From Octopus sinensis (Eukaryota), in NCBI RefSeq assembly GCF_006345805.1, contig NC_043001.1, positions 96,968,001-97,032,000 of the forward strand: a stretch of DNA of 64,000 bases, given 5' to 3'. The notes beneath the pieces were generated by a model. It did no database searches. It saw nothing but the letters and a program-made list of their open reading frames with translations, and was not told the DNA's origin. This document shows positions 27,694 through 40,625 of the stretch, piece after piece (the stretch's first letter is position 1; the number at the start of each line of letters is the position of its first letter). The position numbers were made by a program, and so were the translations under genes.

Positions 27694-27736
27694 CCACTAC
27701 AATCGTTTCTTGTCTTGATCGACAATCTTCAGGTGG
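27694..27736 (-). ncRNA. Minimal type I hammerhead ribozyme motif
   Basis: Minus strand: CCAC-CUGAAGA-UUGUC(GAUCAA)GACAA-GAAA-C(GAUU)G-UA-GUGG. Helix I is CCAC/GUGG, helix II is 5 bp, helix III is AC/GU. The core is intact and the cleavage triplet is GUA. Confidence 0.75.
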
Positions 27737-27779
27737 ACTTCCAATCTAAAAAAAAATCATATTTTAAAATATAAAAATA

Positions 27780-30240
27780 ATAATTTTAAAATAATTAAAG
27801 TATGAATGAAAAAAATAAGTATATAATCCATATATAACCTATATATAATCCATATATAATCAATATATAAACAATATATAAACTAAAAAAACCTATCAAC
27901 AATTAAATATAAAAATATAAAATATAAAATATAAAATATAAAACAAAACAAAAAAATAATAATAATATAATAATAAACTATATATACACCCATACACATA
28001 TACCTATTATATATAACCATATCTAACTACATACATAAATCACACACCTATATATATATCCCTATACATACACATAAAAACGTCTAGGCAACTATAAATA
28101 AATAAAATAGCTAAATACTTCAACACAATACTTATTCATACTCCCACACACACACACATACAACCCACATTCACGCTCTAGAAAAAACGGACATCACTCA
28201 AAACTATGAAGGAGAAATGGAATAAATGGAATTAAAAAATTATATTCACTTGGTAAAAAAACGAACACTACTTAAAAATATGAATGAAACAATGCAATAA
28301 AACAACAGACATCGCAAAGAGACACAAATTACTACGAATTCCTTAACAAACCTACCATGATAAACCAAAACTCATAAAAAAATATAATGATAAAATCTCC
28401 CTGTACTAAACTCTATAACAAACCTATATAGCAATCCCCCTAACCTAAACATTCACACACAAATACACACACGTAAACCACACACCCACGACATATACAA
28501 ATACCCACACCACTTACACATACCAATACATACATATAAACCTCAACATATACTCCAAAAACCCACTCAACCCCACACAGACAAATAAACACAAAAATTA
28601 TGAATGGATTCTTTATAAAACTACCATGATAAGCTAAAACTCACAAAACAGAAATGATATAAACCTCCCTTTACTAAACACTATAACATACTTATATAGC
28701 AATCCCTTTAACTATATACATTCACACACAAAAACATACACGTAAACCACACCACCCTAACAAATACAAACACCCACCCCACTCACACACACCCACAAGT
28801 ACATATAAGCCTCAACATATACACCAAACAAAATTACTTTACCAAGGAACTTAACATATGTATATAAAAAAGTAGAACCGCTCTGGAAACGAACATCTCT
28901 AAATTAATGAATGGAGAAATGGAATAAATGGAATTAAAAATAATATTCACGTGGCAAAACGAACACCACTCAAAAATTATGAATGAACAATGTGTAATAA
29001 AACAACCAACATCGAAAATAGACAAATTACCACGAATTCCCTAAAAAAAAACATGATAACCAAACTCTAAAAAACATATAACGATAAAATCTCCCTTTGC
29101 TAAACTCTATAACAAACCTATATAGTAATCCCCTAACCTAAACATTCACACAACAAATACACACACGTAAACCACGACCCACGACTTATACACATACCTA
29201 TACTAACTTATAAACCTCAATATACACCAAAACCCACTCCCTCCCACACAGACAAATTAACACATACATCCCAAAACCTAAAATAACCAAACCCATATAC
29301 ACATTCACACACAAACACACACACACGCAAAAACACAACACAACAGATACATATACTCCCTCACATATACGCATATACATACTCACTAAACTCGATATAT
29401 TACAACAATATTTACACACCCACACTCATACAGATAAATAAATTATACAACTAAAAACCACACACAATCTCATATACATAAACACTCCTATGAACACAAC
29501 ATTAAATACATCGTAATTAACCAGAATATCAAAAATAACAATATGACATAAGGATAAATAAAATACATACTTACAAGTCAGTTTCAAATAATGAAGTGAA
29601 ATTAAATTCTTAGCCGTTAAAAAAAATCAAACCAAAATTACGTTACCATAGAAAAACTTATGTATGTACAAAAAGAATACGCGCCAGGAAAGTAAACGTC
29701 ATTTAAATTATGAATGGAGAAATAGAATAAATGGAAATAAAAAACTATATCCGTGGCAAACCAACACTACTTAAAAAAATTTATTATGAATGGATTTTTT
29801 AAAAAACTACCATGAAAAAATTATTATATACATTTATGAGCTTTAGCTCACCTTAGCAGCTCTAACAAACAACTTGCAGTAACCCCAAACCCATTCTCTA
29901 TGCTACCTCACTACTACACTATTCCATTCACAATTCCAAGCAACGCTAGTCCACACCCGGTTATTCACGTGGCAAAACGAACACCACTCAAAAAATTATG
30001 AATGAAACAATGTAATAAAACAACCAACATCGAAAATAGACAAATTACCACGAATTCCTAAAAAAAACCATGAAACCAAAACTCATAAAACATATAACGA
30101 TAAAATCTCCCTCTATAACAAACCTATATAGTCCACCACCCGGTTACAATTCCCAACTCCACCCATTCATTCACAATTTCAACGACGTTCGCCTCCACAG
30201 CGCTACATATAAGCCTCAACATATACACCGGAGATACACT
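27780..30240. repeat. Degenerate A/C-rich tandem-repeat array with ~270-bp and ~700-800-bp periodicities
   Basis: ggagaaat(g/a)gaataaatggaa at 28211, 28913 and 29716; acgtaaaccac at 28471, 28740 and 29165; ctcaacatata at 28542, 28811 and about 30215. No G on the plus strand from 27820 to 28081. Confidence 0.85.
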
Positions 30241-30314
30241 TACACATCCGTGCGGATGGGTGAGAGTATACATTGAGTGTAGTGATGGGGCTCCCATTAC
30301 TATACACATTTGTA

Positions 30315-30355
<41 letters not shown>

Positions 30356-30734
30356 AGGTTTGGAGATGATGTACAGGTATGTTATATTAGAAGAAATGAG
30401 GTACTCAGAAATATATATATATATACGTATATATATATGCATAAATATTTACATAAATACATAACATACATAAATAACATATATTTAATATCATATGGGA
30501 AATAAATTTATAGGGTTCTTTCCAAATTTCCTTAACGAGTGTCAGCAGTTATATACTGTCATACATCATGAATGTCCTTTTATATATGTGGAATTCTGTT
30601 ACTATCTGCAGAATTCATGTAAAAGAATTTTAAATACAAGAAATTGGAACTAACATGTTTCATTTCTAAGACTCCAAGTGTTCCTTTGCATTAGTATCAG
30701 CTGGTAATTATCAGTTGTATATCAATTTAAGTGA

Positions 30735-30925
30735 GTGAGGGTATACTGCAAACCTTCCTGGATTTGGGTAAAAGAATATACAGGAGAATCGGTTAATTAT
30801 GATTTTATTCAACACATTCCCTTCTTAGATCCATACACTTATTGCAGTCGTTCTTCCGTTTTTCGAAGTCCTGTAACAGAACTCAGATTGTTGTACCTCC
30901 AGCCAGGCCTTTCGTGATACCCTAA
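30735..30925 (-). mobile_element. Mariner 3' end remnant with decayed TIR
   Basis: Minus peptide QDFEKRKNDCNKCMDLRRECVE* resembles the mariner C-terminus (..RW.KC....G.YVE*). Plus-strand gtgagggtatactgcaaaccttcctgg resembles TACGAGGG-type mariner TIRs. Confidence 0.5.
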
Positions 30926-30947
30926 AAACCAGGAAATTTTCAGTACT

Positions 30948-31117
30948 CAGGAGTGGTTGTGTAGTAAGTAGCTTTCTTACCAACCACATGGTTCCGGATT
31001 CACTTCCACTGCGTGGCAGCTTGGGAAGAGTGTCTTCTACTATAGCCTCGAGCCGACCAAAGCCTTGTGAGTTAATTTGGTAGACGGAAACTGAAAAGAA
31101 GATCGTCGTATATATGT

Positions 31118-31168
<51 letters not shown>

Positions 31169-31388
31169 TAATATATATATATATATATAATAGCCTGTGT
31201 GTTTGTGTGTCTGTGTTTGTCCCTCCATCATCACTTGACAACCGATGCTGGTGTGTCTACGTTCCCGTAACTTAGCGGTTCGGCAAAAGAGGGCGATAGA
31301 ATAAGTCCTGGGCTTGATTTGCTCGACTGAAGGCGGTGCTCTAGCATGGCCGTAGTCAAATGACTGAAACAAGTAAAAAAGCAAAAGG
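30948..31388 (+). mobile_element. SINE family A, full length
   Basis: tRNA-like head, gtggcagcttgggaagagtgtcttctactatagcc (CORE-like), internal (TA)n(GT)n, and 3' tail gcggtgctctagcatggccgtagtcaaatgactgaaacaagtaaaa. Confidence 0.9.
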
Positions 31389-32125
31389 TAGTACTCCCTC
31401 GTATATGGTGTATGGATATATTTTAATAGTGTATGAGAGAACAGCGCTAAGTAGTAGAGACAGAAAATCTCCACCGATTTGTCTTGTGATAACACATTTA
31501 TGCAAATGATTAATATTTTTTATATTTATCCAGGGTTGTTTTATTTTTTACTACTGTTTCTGTAGTATATTGTTTCCCCTGAACATAATACCGCAATGAT
31601 AGGCAGTATATTACTCATAGTGTAAGAGCAGCAGCTTCACATGTAATGTATCATCCTTAGAAATATGACCTAATTGACATTTGCAGTCGCATGAATATGA
31701 ATTAAGTGCGTCACTGCGTCATGTGTTCAAAGGTCCTGTCGTAGAATTCGCATTTGGCATCAAGGAAATTGAGACATATTCACGTTTGCACTTATATATG
31801 TGTGTTTGTATATTGGAGAGATAACCTTGTCCACAAATCTGTTATCTGTCACCTGGAGCGAAATACTTCGGTCCTCAGTGAGATGGTATCGGATTCAACT
31901 TAATTATTTGGATTACCTCGAGGGTATATATTGTTTCGTATAAATGCAGGAACGGATTTCAACTAATATGGGTCTGTATTAAGCTTTGTCGAATATATAT
32001 ATGTATGCATGTATGCAGATAGAAAGACGGGCAGGCAGATAGATAGCTATATAGATACATAGACAAACAGGAAGATAGAAAGATAGATAGATATACAAAA
32101 ATACACTGTAACATTTTCCTCAACA

Positions 32126-32400
32126 GGCCCTTCCCTCTGTAACATTGTCCCAAAACAGATCAAAGACAAAAATGATCTCATTATCTTTAAACGGAATGTG
32201 GGTAGATTTCTTCAAGGAATGCCGGATATACCTCCGGTACCTGGACGCAACTCACTCAACAAGTATTCACTACTCAAATGGGCCATGATGCCAAATAATT
32301 TGACTTAAAATTGATTTAGAAAATCTTATCTGGTGGTACTATTATGTTAGACATGACCTGGACCAATCTTTGGTCGGAACACATCTCAGTTTATCTAATG
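32126..32400 (+). mobile_element. CR1-like LINE 3' end remnant (second family)
   Basis: Peptide GPSLCNIVPKQIKDKNDLIIFKRNVGRFLQGMPDIPPVPGRNSLNKYSLLKW, matching the GP.LFN.LP..IR......FK..LD.FL..VPD.P ORF2 C-terminal pattern. Confidence 0.7.
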
Positions 32401-32409
32401 ATATATCTA

Positions 32410-32457
<48 letters not shown>

Positions 32458-32662
32458 ATCCAAACATGAACAAAGAGAAAAACATCAACGCGAGGACGTG
32501 GACAAGTATAGGAAAGGAAAGAAAGAAGAAGGAGGATTACCATTTCGAGCGGAGCTCTTGGTCAGAAACATAGAATAAGGAAAGGCCCAAGGAAGAGAAG
32601 ACGGAGAAAGACAATTGCTAACGATAGACACGCGGTCACATATTCATATCTATATGTAAATA

Positions 32663-32706
<44 letters not shown>

Positions 32707-32876
32707 GTCATGTTTCTCTGTTTGTCTTTTTCGCTGACGAAAAACAAGTCTGTTTTCTAAGTTTTGTTCTTTGTGTTCCCGTTTCACATTCTGTCCAAGT
32801 CTCTTTTTATATCCCGTAATCATACCTATATGCATGTATGTACATATACATACTTATTATAATATTTATATAATAT

Positions 32877-32930
<54 letters not shown>

Positions 32931-33939
32931 TATTCCTTTTGTACACCACCTGTCTTCGTCTTTTATTTTTTTCGTAAACTCTCCCTATTTATATATATAT
33001 AAATATATAGGTTAAATATGTTCTAATACTGTCTCGATTGATGTGATGTAGTTTCAGATTTGAAAACTAAACAATAACATGGCAATAATTGCATATAGTC
33101 TGGCCTTTGCATTGCAGGTCGTTGTAAAGATTTTTCTGGGCGATATAAAAGTGCTGTCACGAGATTTTGACATATGAATATAAAATGCGAACTAAAAGTG
33201 ACGAGCAAATGTCGAAATCATGCATTATATTGTTGTAATTATTGGGAATGATGTGTGTATTCGTACACACATCATTCCAACGAGTCTGTGGAAGAGTGTT
33301 AGCCGTATGACAATAAGACTTGGAACTTCCTTTCTGTTCAGAAAATGTAGTGTCTTTTTCCCCTTATATTCAGCCAATAAAATACACAAACACACATGGA
33401 TGCAACTCACATACATACACCCTCACAAGCTTGCATACATAACCATGCATACACAGAGCTATAAACGCACAGACAGAGATAAGAGAAAAGAATGTTTCGT
33501 ATTTATACATGTATATACACACAAGGAAATATAAACCAATATAACGGCATACACAATGTCACAAAGAAACGCACACACATATGGAAATATTTTGATCTGG
33601 ATTGTGTACGTACGAATGTTGTAATGTGTATACGTATGATCGTGTTTCTGTATGTGTGTGTGTATGTGATACATAAGCGTGTGTAGGTGGCATAAATATT
33701 TATGCAAACATTCATTGTTTTGTATACACGTGTGTTAATACGAAGGAGCGGGCACGTGTATGTATAACTCCGGCATTGTCTGTCTATATGAGTATGTGTG
33801 TGTGTGTGTGTGCGCGCGCGCATGTGTGTATATGTGTGTATGCGCGCGTATTTGTATGAGTGTGTGTATGCGCGCGTGTTTGCATGAATGTGTGAGAGAA
33901 AAATATATATATAACCATATATATGTGTGTGCATACATA

Positions 33940-34146
33940 TATAAATACATGTATATATACGTTTATATATACATATATATATACCCATATATATATATAT
34001 ACAGTTATATATACATATATATATATATATAATATATATATATATATGCATATATGTATATATTTATAGATGTATGTATATATATGTTTATGTATACATA
34101 TATATATGCATATATATGTACATGCATCTATAAATATATACATATA

Positions 34147-34209
<63 letters not shown>

Positions 34210-34330
34210 ATGTAAACATACATATGCATATACAGCTTTATACACACACCTACTTATAGATATAATAATGTGTGTATACATGTGCATTCGAGGTACAACA
34301 AGAGCAAAATAAGTGCTCAACTTCATATTT
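33940..34330. repeat. Imperfect (TA)n/(TG)n microsatellite block
   Basis: Direct reading. One of many similar blocks, e.g. 46580-46960, 48270-48630, 53860-54300, 54700-54960 and 56330-56570. Confidence 0.95.
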
Positions 34331-34677
34331 CAGTTTGTGCCAACGAGAATTTTCCTGTGTATCAGTGTTTCCGTGTCTAGTTTTGCGTATATACATGCGT
34401 GTGTATACTGGGAATTTTGTCCTCTCTGTTCATAGCCTGAAGTAATTAAAGGAATTTAGTACAACATTGTTTCCACTTATATTGACATTAATTTTCTCTT
34501 GGAATGAAAGAATGAAATTTAAAATATTCAATATATATAAGGAAATATAATTCGTTTAAATATTCCCCTTTTTTTAAAGGCAACAAAAGGTTATACAAGA
34601 CATACATACACACACACATGAGTATATATAGACACACATATAAATTAAATATATATATTGTATATATATTTATATAT

Positions 34678-34713
<36 letters not shown>

Positions 34714-35019
34714 CATACATAATCATATATATATATATATATATATATACATTTACATACATATATATACCTATACATATACATATACATATACATACAC
34801 ACACGTGTATATGTATACATATATACATACACGTGTGTGTGTATATGTGTGTGTATGTATGTGCGTGTGCGCGTATATATGAGGCTAGTTGTATTTCTGC
34901 TCATGATAAATTACTTGTCATTCACGACGAAGATAAGGAGTAAGGGGAGTAGGTGCGGCGGGGGAGGTAGAAGGTAGAGAAACAGGAGCGGGGGTGGAGG
35001 AAGGGGAGGAGGTGTAGGC

Positions 35020-35152
35020 AGAAATGGCGGTGATTATATCGTCTAATTTTGAACATGATTTCTATTACAATTATCACTATCATGATTGTTATGATGACGA
35101 TAATGACGACAACCATACTGCTGCTGTTGCTGATGATGATATTGATGACGAA

Positions 35153-35186
<34 letters not shown>

Positions 35187-35690
35187 GTTATAATCAAGAT
35201 CAACTTGACAGTGATCACCGTCGTCATTGTCATCACCTCGCTCGATGTTACCGCTATAATCTCATGGAAGATCTTCATATTTATCACCTCTATCATCATC
35301 AACCCCCCCCCCCCCACGCCGCATCTTCATCGTCGTCATCGTTGTCGTCGTATTCGCCATCGTCCTTATCGGCATTGTCATGATTGTCGTTATCGTCATC
35401 TTGCCTGATAATCGCAACTGTATCGCTAACCCATCTTGCAGCCTCTTCCATCGCAGACACCGTCATCGTTTTTAAACATCATCGACACCTTTACCCCCCC
35501 CCCCCCCCCACCTCACCCCACCCCATCGTCATCATCTCCACCATCATAACCGATTTCATCACGACGACGATGACGACGATGACCACCACGACCGCCACCA
35601 ACACCACCATCAATTCTACCTCAACTTCAATCTCTTCCGTCTCTGCTATCAATTCTCCCAACTATATCACCTATTCCAAAACGGCCATAC

Positions 35691-35745
<55 letters not shown>

Positions 35746-36339
35746 CAACCTCATCATTGTCATCATCATCATCATCGTAATTATCAGCATTATCATCATC
35801 ATCATCAACATGACCACCATCATCATCCTCAATATCACCACCATCATCACCATCATCAACAATCACCGCTACCACCACCAACAGCATCATCATCATTATC
35901 ATAACGATCCGCTTCCTCCTCATCATCATCAACATCATCATCATCAATATCTCACTCGCCCTCATTGTCATTATCCCCTTGAAATATCATCATCAGTATC
36001 ACCATCAACAACATCATTATCAACATTCATGCTTAGCACTCTTGTCACGAAATATAGCATTGTCATAATCGTCTTCATGATGATGATGATGATGATGATG
36101 ATGATCAGTATGGTCGTTTGCAGCATCATCATCATCATGATAATGATGAAGAGCAGGCAGTCGCGGCCAACCAGCACACGAAACCGCATTGTCATAATTA
36201 CAATCACCATCATCAGAACAGTCCTCCTCATTCGCATTCTCATTAGCAGGAACATCAGCCATTTTATTTTCATCAAAATTGTTATCATCACAATCACCAT
36301 CGACTTCAGCAAATATCGTCATAAATATCCTCATCATCG

Positions 36340-36372
<33 letters not shown>

Positions 36373-36710
36373 ACGTCATCGTCATCAGTTGCAGCACTAG
36401 CGGTAGCAGTGACAGCAGCACCACCTACTACCATCACCACCACCACCACAACCACCACCACCACCACCACCCCGTAGCCGCCGTCCCACCATCACCACCA
36501 CGACAACCATCATCATGATCATGATAAACGTCTTGGTCACCATTATCAACGTCATCGTCATCAGCAGCAGCAGTAGCAGCAGCAGCCTCTTCATCACACC
36601 ACTACCACCACCACTACCTACTACCATTACCCACCACCCACTCACCACTACCACCACCACCACCACCACCACCATCATCATCACCATCATTATCACTATC
36701 ACAGCTATCA
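35020..36710. repeat. ~1.7-kb mosaic of imperfect trinucleotide repeats (CAT/ATG/CAC/AAT/CGT)
   Basis: Direct reading. It yields the spurious poly-I/M/H/T ORFs. Confidence 0.92.
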
Positions 36711-37059
36711 AACGACAGCGTAAACCATCTTTTCTGACAGGCTTTCATTATTCAAATTTAAAAGGAGTCAGGTGACATAATAAAATTCCGGTTGTTAACG
36801 CGTTGCCAAGGTAATAATGAATATGGTTATATGGTTCGTTAGAGTGATTACAAGTCATCTACTTCACTCACTACCGAATAACCGCCTCCCAAACCCAATC
36901 TACCATAACGTCTTTAATATTAACATTTCACAAGCCAACAAAGAAGCCTGCACGTGTTGAGTCGCTACCCTGGAAATAGCAACCAAATGTTCCTAGATTT
37001 TTACATTGTTCAGTCTAAAATATTGTAAGATACATTGGGTGATGCCTTTTATATTTTTA

Positions 37060-37564
37060 ATTGTTTCAGTTATTTGACTGCAGGCATACTGGGTTATCGA
37101 CTTGGAGAATTTTAGTCGTACGAATCGATCCGAGTATTATTTAAGTCATAAGCCTGGTACTTATGATGGTGTCGCTCTTTTCTTAACAACCGCAGGTGTA
37201 TTAGATTAACGTTCGGCAAGAATGTAAAAGCCTTTTGACATCTTGAGCCCATGGTCTTCGACAGAAAAAAAAAGGAGAAAACAGAGAGAGAAAATATGTT
37301 TAGGGATTATACGTACACACACCCGCACACACACACACACACACACACACACCCAAACACACACACACACACACACAAACAAATATATATATACATATAT
37401 ACGATGGGCTTCTTTCAGCTTTCGTCTACCAAATCCACCCACAAGGATTTGGTCGGCCCGAAGCATTAGTAGAAGACACTTGCCCAAGGTGTCACACAGA
37501 GGCATTGAAACTGGAACCATATGGTTGGTAAGTCAGCTACTAAGCACACAGCCACTCCTACGCC
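37060..37564 (-). mobile_element. SINE family A, degenerate full length with extra internal sequence
   Basis: Head ends at cacagccactcctacgcc (37564); cttctttcagctttcgtctaccaaatcc; decayed tail at 37060-37100. Confidence 0.75.
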
Positions 37565-37579
37565 TATAGGGCGCGTTAG

Positions 37580-37619
<40 letters not shown>

Positions 37620-37738
37620 TAGTGTACATTTAAACACATAAGAAGCATCCATCATAGGATTCCTTGCACGCTAGAGAGGACAGTTAAATTCGAAACCACT
37701 ATTAGGGATAAAATTGCGAAGGGAATGAAAAATAAAAA

Positions 37739-37777
<39 letters not shown>

Positions 37778-37799
37778 CATACATACATATGTACATAAA

Positions 37800-37855
<56 letters not shown>

Positions 37856-37865
37856 GTGTGTGTGT

Positions 37866-38006
37866 GACGGGCGTCTTTCTGCTTCCGTCTACCAGGTATT
37901 CTCACAAGGCTTGGTCGCCCCGAGGCTATAGTAGAAGACACATGCCCTAGAGACTGAAGTTGGAACCATGTGGGTGACAGGTAAACTTCTTACCGCACAG
38001 CCACGA
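37866..38006 (-). mobile_element. SINE family A, 5' half
   Basis: gacgggcgtctttctgcttccgtctacc...gaggctatagtagaagacac...ggaaccatgtgg...cttaccgcacagccac. Confidence 0.75.
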
Positions 38007-38696
38007 ATGCTCCTATATGCGATATATATGTAAATATTTACGACTGCTATAAGCTATGTCGGCAAGCGCATTCATAAACTGACTGCGGGATCATGAATTA
38101 TTTGATGTTAGTCAACATACTTTTAGTGATGTATATAAATATACTACTTGTACGAACATGTGGCATAGTATTTTATGAATCTACGAAGAGATGCTGAAAG
38201 ATTCCTGGCTCTGGCTAAAAAATACAGAAGAATCCGTTAAATATGAATATATACAACATATTCCCTCTCAGATTCACATACGTATTGTAGCGCACATTCA
38301 ATCTTTCTGAGCCGTTGAGAAGAACTCGGTAGTTTGGGCCTACAAGAAGGCCTTTCCCAGTACATTTAAAGTCAGGATTTTTTCAGCGCCCGCTCGTAAT
38401 GTTCCTCAAAACACGCCCTGTTCTCCTCCAACACCAGATAAATAAAACAAAAAATAAATAAAATAAAATAAAAATAATCGCACCGAGCTAAGAAGGCGAT
38501 TGCTTGACGGTCATTTGGATTGCTATTAAAAGTGACGCAGTTCGCAAACGCCTTAAGTTAAAGAAGTACGCGTTAGATAAGTTCTTTCTAGGTACAAAAC
38601 ATCTCTGTCTAGCAGGGATGTGTCATTGTAACCTAGTGAACATCGGATGGCCTATCTCAGTTCAAGGCCAAAAGATACGACAACAGCAACAACGAC

Positions 38697-38697
38697 A

Positions 38698-38766
<69 letters not shown>

Positions 38767-38772
38767 ACTACT

Positions 38773-38818
<46 letters not shown>
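38697..38818. repeat. Compound (CTA)n(CTG)n(CTA)n microsatellite
   Basis: Direct reading. Confidence 0.97.
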
Positions 38819-39750
38819 CAATAGTATGGCCACCAGTCATCCATGTAAGTCATGAATCCGGCGGTTCAACACAGTCTTCTTGACGTAGACGCGTAATGTT
38901 TGTAAACAACGCGTGTTTATTCAAATCTAAACGGTTATTTCATGACATGCACTCATGCTCATAAAATATGGGCATGTGCGTGATTACGAATGCGTTTGTC
39001 GTGACTGTAAAAGCAAAAGTTCAAACACGTATATGCATATAGGTATCTGCATCTGCATATTAATATGTGTTTATCAGGTATTGTTGTGTATATGCGTACA
39101 TATAAGGTATTGCTGTGTATATGCGTACATATAATGCATTCATTTGCCACTAACCTCTGAAACGAATATGCACAGTATAAATACAAATTCTCTTTCAAGT
39201 ATAGACGTATACGCACTGTAGAACCAAGACAGAAGTCATCATTCACATTAGTGACAACAGCAAAGGAATATATCCCTGTTGTTAACTTATAATGAGTTAT
39301 GATGCATTGAGGAGAACAGCCTGGAAGAGAATAACAATATAGGAAACACCGACAAAGTCTGATAGGTAAAATGAATATTAATGGGACTTAAGCTTAAAAC
39401 AAACACTGAGTAAAATCACAACCTGTTAGATATTGTTATTGGGACCACAACAAAATATATTCTTTTCTGGTAATCAACTGAAGTCTAGTCATAAAAATAC
39501 AGATGAAAAAGGACATCCATGCTCCACTTTGTCTGCCTCCCATTTTCTAGTTTGTTTTGTGTTTTCAGCCATGTATGCTTGTGTATATATACAGATATAT
39601 ACCAGGGGCTGCTTTTAGTTTCCCTCAACCAAATCCACTCACTCTTGGTATGAAAATTAGGGACCCCTCCACTGAGTAACTGCTACATTTGTTCAGTATA
39701 TTTACAGTTTGGCTGATTGTTTCTCTGGAGACTGACAGAATAAAGTAGAC

Positions 39751-39793
39751 GCCTCTGATGAGAAACCAATAAGGTTCGAAAATCGATTAAGGT
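39751..39793 (+). ncRNA. Minimal type I hammerhead ribozyme motif
   Basis: GCCU-CUGAUGA-GAAACC(AAUAA)GGUUC-GAAA-AUCGAU-UA-AGGU. Intact core, helix II with one bulged A, palindromic helix III, triplet UUA, helix I GCCU/AGGU. Confidence 0.6.
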
Positions 39794-39853
39794 AGTACAT
39801 CATCTTTTTCAGTGCAGAGAATGGCTAAAATATGCCCTGTTACTAATTATACC

Positions 39854-39896
<43 letters not shown>

Positions 39897-39900
39897 AATA

Positions 39901-39933
<33 letters not shown>

Positions 39934-39981
39934 ATATATATATATTACATGTATGTATGCATATATGAACCGCTTGACAAC

Positions 39982-40363
39982 CCTTGCAGCTGGGACCCAG
40001 TAAGAGTTTTTCCTCAGGTTGAGTAGCCCATCCCGCTCAAAAGGTTTAGCTTAAGGATAATAAAGGAAACATCCATGTTTACAGATGTGAATTATTCAAA
40101 CCCCAAATAAATTATTCTCAACACAAGGCTATGATGTTCCCCTAACCCACCCCCTCATGATCAGTGATGCACACATCGTCACGTCAGCCACTAAGGGACA
40201 AGATCACCTGTTTATGCGCAAACAACGAAAAAAATAAAGCTTTGGTACTGGCCAGAATATTTGCTGTAGGCCATCTTTTATACCAAGACAAAACAATGTA
40301 TATGATAACAATTCCAATCATGAACAGAAGCCACGAAAGCCACTGCCTGGTACTGCATCAGGA
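39982..40363. mobile_element. Interspersed repeat family D, other portion
   Basis: Overlaps 21068-21140 in sequence; ends at (CAT)n. Confidence 0.7.
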
Positions 40364-40372
40364 AATTTACCA

Positions 40373-40449
40373 ACATCATCATCATCATCACCATGATCAT
40401 CATCATCATGATCATCACCATCATGATCATCATGAGTATCATCATCACC

Positions 40450-40491
<42 letters not shown>

Positions 40492-40546
40492 GTCGTCGTC
40501 GTCGTCGTCGTCATCACCATCCTCATCATCATCATCATCATCATCA

Positions 40547-40583
<37 letters not shown>

Positions 40584-40625
40584 TTTTATTATTATTATTA
40601 TTGCTATTATTATTATCATTATTAT
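40373..40625. repeat. Compound (CAT)n(CGT)n(CAT)n(TAT)n microsatellite
   Basis: Direct reading. Confidence 0.96.

Noticed and set aside
27780-30240. NUMT (mitochondrial insertion) explanation for the A/C-rich skew
   Set aside because: No recognisable mitochondrial protein, rRNA or tRNA sequence by eye. A BLAST against the mitogenome would settle it.
32734-32760. Hammerhead-like CTGACGA-AAAACA(AGTC)TGTTTT
   Set aside because: The stem is followed by CTAAG, not GAAA, and there is no helix I or III. At best a heavily decayed relic.
35384-36400. 338-aa ORF, the longest in the window
   Set aside because: It lies entirely within the trinucleotide mosaic, has poly-I/T/H/M composition, and overlapping frames are similarly open.
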